Shown: in pieces, positions 47,445 to 56,815 of the stretch
How the letters are laid out: each line of letters opens with the position of its first letter
Position numbering within the stretch: position 1 is the first letter of the stretch
Source of the DNA: an uncultured Gammaproteobacteria bacterium
GTDB taxonomy: Bacteria; Pseudomonadota; Gammaproteobacteria; HyVt-429
Length of the DNA: 64,000 nt
Direction: 5' to 3'
Assembly (NCBI GenBank): GCA_947259975.1
Contig: CAMYOD010000018.1
Coordinates: 103,629-167,628, forward strand
Notes under the pieces: model-generated
The model's input: only the letters and a program-made list of their open reading frames with translations
Told to the model about the DNA's origin: nothing
The model's database searches: none
Program-made: the position numbers and the translations under genes

Positions 47445-48974
47445 CTAGGCGATTTGATCGTCCGCCACACGATAGCGGGGGTCTTCCAGGACATTCACCT
47501 CCACCAGATCGCCGGCCTTCTTCAGCAATTGACGGCACTCTTCGCTCAAGTGCCGCAGATGTAACGTTTTGCCGGCCTTGATATAGCGTTCCGCCAGGGT
47601 GTCAATTGCTTCAATCGCCGAATGATCCGCCACCCGCGAGTTCTGAAACTCGATAATTACGTCGTCCGGATCCTGTTCCGGATTGAACAGCTCGAGAAAG
47701 TTTTTTACCGACCCGAAAAACAACGGACCATTGAGTTCGTGTACACGAGAGCCCTTTTCGTCGTCGTAGGTTTTGCTGTTGATGTGCTTGGCATGCTCCC
47801 AAGCGAATACCAGTGCCGAAACGATTACGCCCACCACCACCGCAATCGCCAGATCCGTAAACACGGTCACCGCCGACACCAGCATCAGGACAAAGGCATC
47901 CGTGGCGGGGATTTTGCGGATGATGCGTAGGCTCGACCACTCAAAGGTGGCCAGGACCACGATGAACATCACCCCGACCAGCGCCGCCATGGGGATGCGC
48001 TCGATCAGCGGTGACGCAAACAGGATAAACATCAACAGGAACAGCGCCGCGGCCACCCCGGACAGGCGCTGGCGCCCGCCGGAGTTCACGTTGATCATGC
48101 TTTGACCGATCATGGCGCAGCCGCCCATGCCGCCGAACAATCCGGTGGCCGTGTTAGCGATTCCCTGGCCCATGCACTCACGATTACCGCGGCCGCGGGT
48201 ATTGGTGACTTCATCGATGAGACTCAGCGTCAGCAAGGACTCAATCAGACCCACCGCCGCGAGTATGAAGGCATAGGGCAGGATGATGACCAAGGTGTCG
48301 AGACTAAACGGCACTGCCGGAATATGAAACGTAGGCAAACCGCCCTTAATGCTGGCGAGGTCGCCCACGGTTTTCGTATCCAGATCCAGTCCGAGCACCA
48401 GCAGGCTGACCGCGATAATCGCCGCCAGCGACGCGGGAAAGGCCCCGGTCAGTTTGGGCAGATAATGAATAATGAACATGGTGAGCATGACCAGGCCGGC
48501 GAACAGCGCCAGGGCCCCGCCCGTCATCCATTCGCTCACGCCGTCGACTGAGGCCGTTTGGAAGTTTTGCAACTGTGCGAGGAAGATCACGATCGCCAGT
48601 CCGTTCACGAAGCCCAGCATCACCGGGTGCGGCACGATACGGATAAACTTCCCCAGTCGCAGCACGCCGGCGCCCATCTGCAACAGGCCGGCCAGCACCA
48701 CCGCCGCGAACAGGTATTCCACGCCATGTTGGGCGACGAGCGCCACCATCACCACCGCCATGGCGCCGGTCGCACCGGAGATCATGCCCGGGCGCCCGCC
48801 GAAAATGGCCGCCAACAGCCCCACCATGAATGCCGCATACAGTCCGACCAGGGGCTCGACCCCGGCGACGAAGGCGAAGGCGACGGCCTCGGGAACCAGT
48901 GCCAGGGCCACGGTCAGGCCGGACAGGAGTTCGTTTTTGAAGCAGATGCGGCTGGCGCAACCAAGCTGGAACAT
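47445..48974 (-). CDS. SulP family anion transporter with a C-terminal STAS domain
   Basis: It has a polytopic Sulfate_transp core ([28 protein letters not shown]) plus STAS (GPLFFGSV...[18 protein letters not shown]). Confidence 0.9.
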   Translation of the reverse strand: MFQLGCASRICFKNELLSGLTVALALVPEAVAFAFVAGVEPLVGLYAAFMVGLLAAIFGGRPGMISGATGAMAVVMVALVAQHGVEYLFAAVVLAGLLQMGAGVLRLGKFIRIVPHPVMLGFVNGLAIVIFLAQLQNFQTASVDGVSEWMTGGALALFAGLVMLTMFIIHYLPKLTGAFPASLAAIIAVSLLVLGLDLDTKTVGDLASIKGGLPTFHIPAVPFSLDTLVIILPYAFILAAVGLIESLLTLSLIDEVTNTRGRGNRECMGQGIANTATGLFGGMGGCAMIGQSMINVNSGGRQRLSGVAAALFLLMFILFASPLIERIPMAALVGVMFIVVLATFEWSSLRIIRKIPATDAFVLMLVSAVTVFTDLAIAVVVGVIVSALVFAWEHAKHINSKTYDDEKGSRVHELNGPLFFGSVKNFLELFNPEQDPDDVIIEFQNSRVADHSAIEAIDTLAERYIKAGKTLHLRHLSEECRQLLKKAGDLVEVNVLEDPRYRVADDQIA

Positions 48975-49125
48975 GCAAGACCTACGGGGCGAAAGGCGTG
49001 AAAAGGCCGCGCACTATATCAGGAAACGCTTATATACGATACCTGCAGCAGACTCCTGGCCCCGGAGTTCCCGCCCTATTGAATATACTGTCCCCGGAAT
49101 TTAGATCTCGTCTCGAGGAGGAAAT

Positions 49126-49551
49126 ATGTCTGATACAACAGTCGGCAACGGTCACTGTCTGTGCGGCAAGGTTAAGGTCAAAGCCGCCAACATGAGCGAA
49201 AAGGTATGGGCTTGCCATTGCGGCATGTGTCGCCGCTGGACGGGTGGACCGTTTTTGGCGGTAGAGTGCGGCACTGAGGTCGCCTTCGAGGGTGAAGACA
49301 ACATCGGCGTGTATGACTCGTCGGATTGGGCGGAACGGGGTTTCTGTAAAACCTGCGGAACCCACCTGTTTTACCGGGTGAAGCAAAACCAGCAATATTT
49401 CATGCCCGTGGGACTCTTCGACAATGGCGCAGGCTTTGTCCTCGATCACCAGATCTTCATCGACAAGAAGCCCGGCTATTACACGTTCGCGGACAAGACG
49501 CAGAACATGACCGAGGCGGAAGTCTTCGCCAAGTACGCGCCGCCGGAATAG
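49126..49551 (+). CDS. GFA (glutathione-dependent formaldehyde-activating enzyme) family protein
   Basis: It has the zinc Cys pattern CLCGKV ... CHCGMCRRWTGGPF ... FCKTCGTHLF. Confidence 0.8.
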   Translation: MSDTTVGNGHCLCGKVKVKAANMSEKVWACHCGMCRRWTGGPFLAVECGTEVAFEGEDNIGVYDSSDWAERGFCKTCGTHLFYRVKQNQQYFMPVGLFDNGAGFVLDHQIFIDKKPGYYTFADKTQNMTEAEVFAKYAPPE

Positions 49552-49624
49552 GGGCGCGCCAGACCGGAAGTGTCCGCATCGTGCGTGGCCGCTCCGGCCC
49601 AGATCCTGATTCCGGCGAATAGCC

Positions 49625-50059
49625 ATGAAAATCAGAGTGACTGGTAAGCTTTACCTGGCGGGCGCTGCAATGTGTATCGGCCTGCTGATCTACTGGTATG
49701 CCGAAGACAAGAGTCGGCTCTTTATCAATGCGGTCACGGCCGAGATCGACGCCGGCGCGAAAGAGCTTGATTTGGCCAGGCTCATGCCGGGGGAGTGGGA
49801 GTTCGTGTGTGTCAGCCACCCGTACGATGGCCCGCTGTATCTGGAAAAATACCAGCGGGAGTATCGCCCGGTCGCCAGTGCACAGGACGGCTCATGGGGA
49901 CTCATATTCATCGAGAGTAATGGAACCTACGAGTCGGCGGTGGGTTCGTGCCGGCATGGCTTCAATTTCTCGTTTGGATGCGTGGAACGTAGCAATGCGA
50001 TTCTCGCAGTTAAAAGAGAAGGCCCCTGTATCACGTATGTGCGAGCTGATAGCCTGTAG
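49625..50059 (+). CDS. Hypothetical membrane-anchored protein
   Basis: It has an N-terminal TM helix (LAGAAMCIGLLIYWY) and 4 Cys in the soluble part. I recognised no family. Confidence 0.5.
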   Translation: MKIRVTGKLYLAGAAMCIGLLIYWYAEDKSRLFINAVTAEIDAGAKELDLARLMPGEWEFVCVSHPYDGPLYLEKYQREYRPVASAQDGSWGLIFIESNGTYESAVGSCRHGFNFSFGCVERSNAILAVKREGPCITYVRADSL

Positions 50060-50164
50060 GCCCGGGTCGGATCAGCCGCGAAGCCGAGGACGATTTCGAC
50101 TAATATTTAGAGAATTCAGGTCATTGACCCTACTCTTCGCCGACCCCGGTTGGAAACGTCAATT

Positions 50165-50611
50165 ATGGATCAAAACGAGGCAAGACAGCAGATCCTTGAC
50201 GACGAGCACCTAAGACTCCTGGCGCTGTTCCATTACATCGCGGGCGGGCTGACCATCGTGTTTTCTTCGTTCTTCATCATCCACTTGGTGTTCATGTCGA
50301 TCATGTTCAGCAACCCGGAGATGTTCGGGGCGGACATGGCACAGATGGAGGGTGTGGATGCCGAACAGTTTCTAGGATTTTTTATCGCATTCATCGGCTT
50401 CTTCGTGGTCCTGGGGGTCGCTTACGGTATCGCGCAGATACTATCGGGAAGATTCATGAAGCGGCGGATGCATCGCACCTTCAGTCTAATCGTAGCGATT
50501 CCCAGTCTGCTGTTTATCCCCTTCGGCACGATCCTGGGGGTGTTCACCTTGATCGTCCTGGGTCGCGACAGTATCAAGCAACTCTACGCGCAACAGGAAT
50601 TGATACCGTGA
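50165..50611 (+). CDS. Hypothetical 4-TM membrane protein
   Basis: It is a hydrophobic protein with LRLLALFHYIAGGLTIVF. I recognised no enzymatic motif. Confidence 0.55.
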   Translation: MDQNEARQQILDDEHLRLLALFHYIAGGLTIVFSSFFIIHLVFMSIMFSNPEMFGADMAQMEGVDAEQFLGFFIAFIGFFVVLGVAYGIAQILSGRFMKRRMHRTFSLIVAIPSLLFIPFGTILGVFTLIVLGRDSIKQLYAQQELIP

Positions 50612-51066
50612 CTACCGGCCTACACAAGCGTTACGAATCCAAGCGCGACGGCTGGATCGTCGCCCTGATCCTGGGCGGCGCGGGCATGATGGTGTTTGCC
50701 GCCGTGAGTCTATGGTTTGTGCCGGCAGGCATGAACTACCGGCTCGGTATGACTGCGTTGATGTTACTTGCGGCCGCGTTCATGCTGTGGGTGCTCTACG
50801 GCACCTATTACGTGCTCGAGCCGGCGCAACTGGCGATACACGCCGGGCCGTTTCACTGGCGCGTACCCCTGGAAGCCATCGAGGGCGTGACGCCGACACA
50901 CAATCCGCTATCCAGCCCCGCCTGCTCCCTGGATCGGCTGCGCATCCGCTATCGCGGGGCCCGCTTCGGCGTCATGATCTCGCCCATGGATAAGATGGTG
51001 TTCCTGCACGATCTTGCCGCCGCCACTGGTCTGCGCGTCGAGGGCGAACGCCTGGTCAAAGCCTAG
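50608..51066 (+). CDS. Hypothetical 2-TM protein with a bacterial PH-like C-terminal domain
   Basis: It has a GTGA overlap with the previous gene. The tail LDRLRIRY...GVMISP is reminiscent of bPH domains. Confidence 0.5.
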   Translation: MTTGLHKRYESKRDGWIVALILGGAGMMVFAAVSLWFVPAGMNYRLGMTALMLLAAAFMLWVLYGTYYVLEPAQLAIHAGPFHWRVPLEAIEGVTPTHNPLSSPACSLDRLRIRYRGARFGVMISPMDKMVFLHDLAAATGLRVEGERLVKA

Positions 51067-51133
51067 TTCAGGCGGCCATCATAATCTCTGCCGCCGAATG
51101 CCGGGGTTGGCGGTCCTGACCGGAGACAGAGAA

Positions 51134-51643
51134 CTATCTGGCGCCGCCCATGGCCCCCATGGAATTGATGTTCAGCTTCTGGCCGTTCGGCATGATGATG
51201 TCGCCCGGTTTCTGGCCGGGTTCGCAGGCGCCGACCCAGCGCGCGGTCTGTTTCATTTTCTGGTTCTTCATCCCCATTACCGGCGGTTCGAAGGATACCG
51301 TGGTCACACCCGTATAATTCTTGTTGAAGTCACCGGAGAAGACCGACTTCGAAATCATGCGCATGCCGCCCATGTTGCAGTCGGTTTCCGATACGTAGTT
51401 CTTGCCTTCCTTGCGAAACTCCACCTTCGAGCAGTCCGCGCCCATCTGCTCGTTCATATTGCTGCCCATCTCGATCATCTTCTTGTCCATTTCGGGATTA
51501 ACGCACTGGCGAATTGTCTGGCCGGCGGGCATGCCTTCCATGCTGTTCTGAATTTCCCACAGGCCCGCCTTACGTTGGGGGTAATCCGCCGAAAATGACG
51601 CAAAGGGAACCAACAGACAGAGAAAAATACTCAGACGTTTCAT
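51134..51643 (-). CDS. Secreted DUF3617-like protein
   Basis: It has the signal peptide MKRLSIFLCLLVPFASFSA, the GLWEI motif, and two Cys pairs (CVNPE...C, C...C). Confidence 0.6.
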   Translation of the reverse strand: MKRLSIFLCLLVPFASFSADYPQRKAGLWEIQNSMEGMPAGQTIRQCVNPEMDKKMIEMGSNMNEQMGADCSKVEFRKEGKNYVSETDCNMGGMRMISKSVFSGDFNKNYTGVTTVSFEPPVMGMKNQKMKQTARWVGACEPGQKPGDIIMPNGQKLNINSMGAMGGAR

Positions 51644-51888
51644 TAGTGCCACTCCTTTGTGTTCGCGGCTGGTATCGTTCAGCACAATTGCGATATCCGG
51701 CGCTGGCCGGTCACAACGAAAGCCAACATAGCACTGCACAAGGATGGCGGCAACGTTCCCGATCGTGCGCCGCCGGGCGTTTTCAACCATTACGATCGCG
51801 GGTATGATGGTTCACGAAAATACCTGCCGGGCGTCCGGCAGGCGGGCTGAAGTAAAGGTGGCAACATGTCGCCAGGGAGTGCCGTCAC

Positions 51889-52572
51889 GTGAAGAGCAAA
51901 CCGCAGATTTTTATCAGTTCCACCTCCGATCTCGCGGATGAGCGCCAGGCGCTGGCGAAATCTCTTTCTTCCGATTACGAACCCTATCTGTTCGAAGAAG
52001 ACCGGGCGCGGGCCGCCTCTCCGGAACAACACTGCGCGGCCATGATCAAGGACTCGGAGGTTTTCCTCGGCGTGGTTGGCGAAAATTATGGTTCCTCATA
52101 TTCGGCGGCCGATCAGCGATCGATTTGTGAATGGGAGTTCGATACCGCACGCCAGCAGCCGGAGCTGGCCATGATGATGCTACTGCACGAACCCGCCGAT
52201 GAGGCCGCCATCGATCCTGAACAGAAGGCATTTCGCGAGCGAATAACCGGCTTCAGCAGCGGTGTGTGGTGCCGCTTCTTTCGTACCAGTCAGGAGTTGG
52301 TCAGTCTGGCGCAGCAATCCCTGACCCGCTGGCTGGTCGAGCGCCTGGTGCAGGCGAAAGAACAGGCGCAACACCGCAGTAGCTGGCTGCGGCGGCGGAC
52401 CGTACCCATCGCCGCCGGCACGGTCATCGCCTTGGGAGCTATCATCGCCGCGGATCTGGCGGTCAATCTCATGTCGCCACAATATCTATTGGCCTTATGC
52501 GCCCTGGCAGCCTGTGTGCTGCTCATGTTGCTCGTTATCAATATCGCCGAATCGGGAGGTTTACGAAAATGA
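51889..52572 (+). CDS. DUF4062 domain protein with two C-terminal TM helices
   Basis: IFISSTSDLADERQAL ... EVFLGVVGENYGS matches the DUF4062 signature. The C-terminus has VPIAAGTVIALGAIIAADLAV and LLALCALAACVLLMLLVINI. It starts at a GTG with GGGAG 9 nt upstream. Confidence 0.7.
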   Translation: MKSKPQIFISSTSDLADERQALAKSLSSDYEPYLFEEDRARAASPEQHCAAMIKDSEVFLGVVGENYGSSYSAADQRSICEWEFDTARQQPELAMMMLLHEPADEAAIDPEQKAFRERITGFSSGVWCRFFRTSQELVSLAQQSLTRWLVERLVQAKEQAQHRSSWLRRRTVPIAAGTVIALGAIIAADLAVNLMSPQYLLALCALAACVLLMLLVINIAESGGLRK

Positions 52573-53483
52573 CCACGGAATCCGAACAAGAGTACGCGGT
52601 TCTCAAAGAACAGGTGCAGCGGGCGGTATCCCGGGAAGATCGCCGTCGGCGTACGGTTTTGGTTACATTCCTGCTGTTGTTAATGATCCCGCTTGCCATT
52701 GCTGCTTACATTCTGGCGCGCGGGGTCACGGAAAGTGAATGGGTGCGTGAGACTGCGGAGGCCGCCGCGACCTCGGAAATCGAAGCCGTGCGCCCGACCC
52801 TCGCCAAGGTGGAGCAGATCGATGCGGCCTTGCCGCAAATACAGCAGGCGGTGGAGGCGCTGCCGCAACAGGCTGAGCGTATCGAGACCCTGCAAGCACG
52901 CCAGACCCAAGACGTGGCGCGCCTGGAGCAGCAATGGCGTGGTGAAATCGAACAGATTCAGCCGACACTGAGCAAGATCAGTAAATTGGAGCGCGCGCTG
53001 CCCGAAATTCGTGAGTCCATCGATGCGATTCCGCAGCAGGCGGAACAGATTACCGCACTTGCGAAGGCACAGAAGGCACAGGCGGCTGATATCGATGCCC
53101 GCCTGACGGAAAATGTGCGTACTGTTGAACAGATGAACGCCAAATCCCTGCGCCATATCGAAGCCAGGTTCGAAGAGCTCTCGGTGCGGCCGCGCCCCGC
53201 GGATGAGATCCTCGGGCAGCTCAAGGAGATGAATGCGCGGCTCAGCGAGCAGGCGAACGACATCGCCCGTATACAGGATCGGCAGAACAAGGTCGCGGGT
53301 GCCACCAAAGAGGCGATCGGCGAGGTGCAGCAGCTGCGCCGGCGTCTCGACGTCGTGCAAAAGCGCATGGATGAGCAACATGAAGGCTCAAAGGACCTCA
53401 CCAGTCGCATCAAGAAACTTGAGATCAAGAGGTCGGGGGTGATAAATCACACACCGCCGCAGCCGCCGGTCAATTTGCGTTAG
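52569..53483 (+). CDS. Membrane-anchored coiled-coil protein with an internal tandem repeat of about 56 aa
   Basis: It has an ATGA overlap with the previous gene and the TM helix VLVTFLLLLMIPLAIAAYILA. Repeat units start at EIEAVRPTLAKVEQIDAALPQIQQAVEALPQQAERI and EIEQIQPTLSKISKLERALPEIRESIDAIPQQAEQI. Confidence 0.65.
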   Translation: MTTESEQEYAVLKEQVQRAVSREDRRRRTVLVTFLLLLMIPLAIAAYILARGVTESEWVRETAEAAATSEIEAVRPTLAKVEQIDAALPQIQQAVEALPQQAERIETLQARQTQDVARLEQQWRGEIEQIQPTLSKISKLERALPEIRESIDAIPQQAEQITALAKAQKAQAADIDARLTENVRTVEQMNAKSLRHIEARFEELSVRPRPADEILGQLKEMNARLSEQANDIARIQDRQNKVAGATKEAIGEVQQLRRRLDVVQKRMDEQHEGSKDLTSRIKKLEIKRSGVINHTPPQPPVNLR

Positions 53484-53550
53484 GTTTGAATTCATCCCCA
53501 AATTCATTTTATTGGGCGGCCGGTGAAGATGAACGGGAGAGGATTAGTCC

Positions 53551-54405
53551 ATGATAGATTACCGCGTTGTGACGCGACGGATTCCTTACCGCATTCGCCA
53601 TTGGGTATGGAGTCACATCGAGGCCTTGCCTTATTTGGCGGCGGACATTCAGGATTTCGTTCGCGGACGCCGCAATCCAATGATTCCACCGCGCGCAAAA
53701 TCACGTATCTTCGGTATCGATAACAACTTCGAATTGGTCGGGCAGGAGTTTCTCGGTCATTTCAAAAACCTTGCCGACCTCAAACCGGACGAGCAGGTGC
53801 TGGAGGTCGGTTGCGGCATCGGTCGCATGGCGGTGGCCTTGACCGGGTATCTGAATGCCGTGGGCCATTACTGCGGATTCGATATATCCAGATCAGGAAT
53901 CAATTGGTGTCGGAAAAATATCACCCCGCGTTTTCCGAACTTCGAATTCGAGCGTGCCGATATCTACAACAAGATGTACAACCCGAACGGCCGCTATCAG
54001 GCGCACGAGTATCGGTTTCCCTACGATGATGACACCTTCGATTTCGTCTTTCTTACCTCCGTTTTTACCCACATGTTGCCCAGAGATATGGAGCATTACG
54101 TCAGTGAGATTGCGCGGGTTACGAAACCCGAGGGCCGCTGCCTGATAAATTATTTCCTCTTGAACGACCAATCACTGAGTTCCATGCAGGCCGGGCGCAG
54201 CGCCCGACAGTTCATTCACGACGTGGAGGGTTGCCGGGTCGCGGTTAAGGACATACCGGAGGAGGCGGTGGCGTATTTTGAGGCGGACGTGCGCGACTCA
54301 TTTGCGAACAGCCGATTAGACATTATCGAGCCCATCCATTACGGACTATGGGACGGGCGTGCGGATGGCTTGAGTTTTCAGGATATCGTCGTCGTAAGAA
54401 AATAA
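53551..54405 (+). CDS. Class I SAM-dependent methyltransferase
   Basis: It has motif I VLEVGCGIGRMAVAL and the post-I and motif II regions FDFVFLTSVFTHM. Confidence 0.8.
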   Translation: MIDYRVVTRRIPYRIRHWVWSHIEALPYLAADIQDFVRGRRNPMIPPRAKSRIFGIDNNFELVGQEFLGHFKNLADLKPDEQVLEVGCGIGRMAVALTGYLNAVGHYCGFDISRSGINWCRKNITPRFPNFEFERADIYNKMYNPNGRYQAHEYRFPYDDDTFDFVFLTSVFTHMLPRDMEHYVSEIARVTKPEGRCLINYFLLNDQSLSSMQAGRSARQFIHDVEGCRVAVKDIPEEAVAYFEADVRDSFANSRLDIIEPIHYGLWDGRADGLSFQDIVVVRK

Positions 54406-54458
54406 ACGCGCGGTCAGGTGTAACGGTATTCGCCACTGGATCAGGCGCCGCGCGGAAA

Positions 54459-54487
54459 ATGACAGTTCCATGACAGTTTTGTGACGG
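54459..54487 (-). promoter_or_regulatory. Pho-box array: three 11-bp-phased half-sites, two of them perfect CTGTCAT
   Basis: The minus strand reads CCGTCAC-AAAA-CTGTCAT-GGAA-CTGTCAT, matching the E. coli PhoB consensus CTGTCAT-N4-CTGTCAT. It lies about 150 nt upstream of ppk1 but in the opposite orientation. Confidence 0.5.
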
Positions 54488-54638
54488 CCCACGCGCCGTC
54501 GAAAAAGCAGCCGCCAGCCATGCCCGGGGTGTCGCTCACAGCGAAGCAGTTGACCGAGATCAATGCGGTTTCCCGGCGCGTGGCAAATAATTGCGATGTC
54601 GTAAGATTCCTCGAAACCTGTTAGCCCTTAAGTTAATC

Positions 54639-56807
54639 GTGGACGACCAAAAAGCCCCCCAACTTCCGGAACATGAGGCGTTTATCAACCGTGAACTGAG
54701 TTGGCTCAGTTTTGCGCGGCGCGTGCTCGAACTTGCGGAGGATCCGGCAACCCCACTGCTCGAGCGGGTCAAATTTGCCGGCATCATGGGCATGATTTAC
54801 GACGAGTTCGCGATGAAGCGCCTGGGCGGGATCTACCGGCGCATCAAGCGCGGTAATCTCAAATCCGGGCCCGACGGGCTGACACCGCCCGAGGAACTAA
54901 AGGCCTGCCGCAGAGAACTGAATCGTCAGTGCGAGATCCTGGCGCGGTTGGTGCGCGACGATCTGCGTCCGGCGCTCGCCGCGGCCAATATTCCCTTGCT
55001 GGACTACGGCGACCTCAACGATATCCAGCGTTCGCAGGCGCAGAAGTATTTTCGCGACTCGGTTGAGCCCATCCTGACGCCGTTGGCGGTCGATGCCGGC
55101 CACCCGTTTCCATTCATCAGCACGCTGGGACTGAATCTTGCCGTCAGCCTGAAGGAGACCGAACAGGCGCGGCGGCGCTTTGTGCGCATCAAGGTACCGC
55201 CTAATCGGCCGCGCTGGTTACCGGTGGGCGACGCCGGCGTCGTGCCGCTGGAACAGGTGATCGGCGCGAATCTGGACCTGCTGTTTCCCAATAGCAAAGA
55301 GATTCACTGGCATCTGTTCCGGGTCATTCGCGGGGCGAAGGACGATCCCTGGGATCGCATCCCGGTGGATGCGGATCATACCGACCTGTCGGCGGGCAGC
55401 CTGATCGGCATGGTCACGACGGAGCTGACCGCGCGCCGCTTCGCCGGCATCGTGCGTGTCGAATTCTCAAAGGGCATGCCCGACGACTTGCGAAACTGGC
55501 TGATCCGGCATCTGGAGGTGGCGCCGGACGATACCTTCACGGTGGATGGCCTTTTGGGCCTCAACGAACTCGTGGACTTGCAGCGGGATGGTTATCCCGA
55601 ACTGCGCGATTTACCGCACAAACCGGTCGCCCATTTGCGCCTGCGCAAGTTGGACCGGGCCGATACCGGCGCGATCTTCGGCGAGATCAAACGCGGGGAT
55701 ATCCTTCTGCATCATCCCTATCACAGTTACGAGACTTCGGTATTGCGGTTCCTGAACTCCGCGGTGCACGACCCCAAGGTGCTTGCCATCAAGCTGACGA
55801 TTTACCGGACCAGCCGCAAATCACCGATCATTCAGGCATTGGTCGAGGCGGCACGGCGCGGCAAACAGGTGGCTGTGCTGGTCGAAATTACCGCGCGTTT
55901 CGACGAGGCGCCCAACATCGCCTGGGGCGAGGAACTCGAGCGGGCCGGGGTACACGTGATTTACGGTATGCAACGTCTCAAGACCCACGTAAAGCTGGCG
56001 CTGGTGGTGCGCGAAGAGCAGAGTGCCATTCGTCGCTATGTGCATGTCTCGACCGGAAACTATCATCCAGGCACCGCGCGCCTGTACGAAGACCTCGGCA
56101 TCCTGAGCGCCGACCCCGATCTGGGCGCCAGTGTCGCAGCGGTATTCAATGAGCTCACCGGCGCGATCCCGGTGCGCGAATACGCGCCGTTGATGGTGGC
56201 ACCGCACAACCTGCGCGAAGGCTTCACCGCACTGATCGAGCGGGAGACGCAGCATGCGGCCGCCGGCGGGCCCGCCGGTATTCGTGCCAAGATGAATCAG
56301 CTACAGGATCCGGAGATCATCGCCGCACTGTACCGCGCGAGTCAGGCGGGGGTGCCAATCACGTTGAATGTGCGCGGACTATGCTGCCTGCGGGCGGGGG
56401 TGCCCGGGCTGTCGGACAACATTCGCGTCTTCAGCACCCTGGGACGCTTTCTCGAGCATGGACGGATCTACCGGTTCGATAACCTGGGCGATCCGGAGTT
56501 CTTTATCGGGTCCGCCGACTGGATGCGCCGCAACCTCGACCGGCGTATGGAAACCATCATGAAGGTCGGCGACAACGCCATAAAGATCGAGCTCGAACAC
56601 ATTCTGCAGGCCTATGAGCGGGACAACTGCAGTGCCTGGGACATGCAGCCGGATGGCAGCTACCGGCGTCGGCAACCGGCCGCCGGTGAGGAATGTCGCG
56701 GTGCACAAGCGTTCTTTATCGACTACTATCGCGGCTTGCTGGAACCACGTGACGCTCCGCCCGAAAGCGCACCGCAGCCGGCACGCTTGCCACAGAAAAC
56801 CGCCTGA
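54639..56807 (+). CDS. ppk: Polyphosphate kinase 1
   Basis: It has the N-terminal FINRELSWLSFARRVLELAED, and the PLD-like HKD regions (KTHVKLALVVR, and SADWMRRNLDRRME near the C-terminus). I chose the GTG at 54639; the TTG at 54591 is also possible. Confidence 0.9.
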   Translation: MDDQKAPQLPEHEAFINRELSWLSFARRVLELAEDPATPLLERVKFAGIMGMIYDEFAMKRLGGIYRRIKRGNLKSGPDGLTPPEELKACRRELNRQCEILARLVRDDLRPALAAANIPLLDYGDLNDIQRSQAQKYFRDSVEPILTPLAVDAGHPFPFISTLGLNLAVSLKETEQARRRFVRIKVPPNRPRWLPVGDAGVVPLEQVIGANLDLLFPNSKEIHWHLFRVIRGAKDDPWDRIPVDADHTDLSAGSLIGMVTTELTARRFAGIVRVEFSKGMPDDLRNWLIRHLEVAPDDTFTVDGLLGLNELVDLQRDGYPELRDLPHKPVAHLRLRKLDRADTGAIFGEIKRGDILLHHPYHSYETSVLRFLNSAVHDPKVLAIKLTIYRTSRKSPIIQALVEAARRGKQVAVLVEITARFDEAPNIAWGEELERAGVHVIYGMQRLKTHVKLALVVREEQSAIRRYVHVSTGNYHPGTARLYEDLGILSADPDLGASVAAVFNELTGAIPVREYAPLMVAPHNLREGFTALIERETQHAAAGGPAGIRAKMNQLQDPEIIAALYRASQAGVPITLNVRGLCCLRAGVPGLSDNIRVFSTLGRFLEHGRIYRFDNLGDPEFFIGSADWMRRNLDRRMETIMKVGDNAIKIELEHILQAYERDNCSAWDMQPDGSYRRRQPAAGEECRGAQAFFIDYYRGLLEPRDAPPESAPQPARLPQKTA

Positions 56808-56815
56808 CTATTTCC

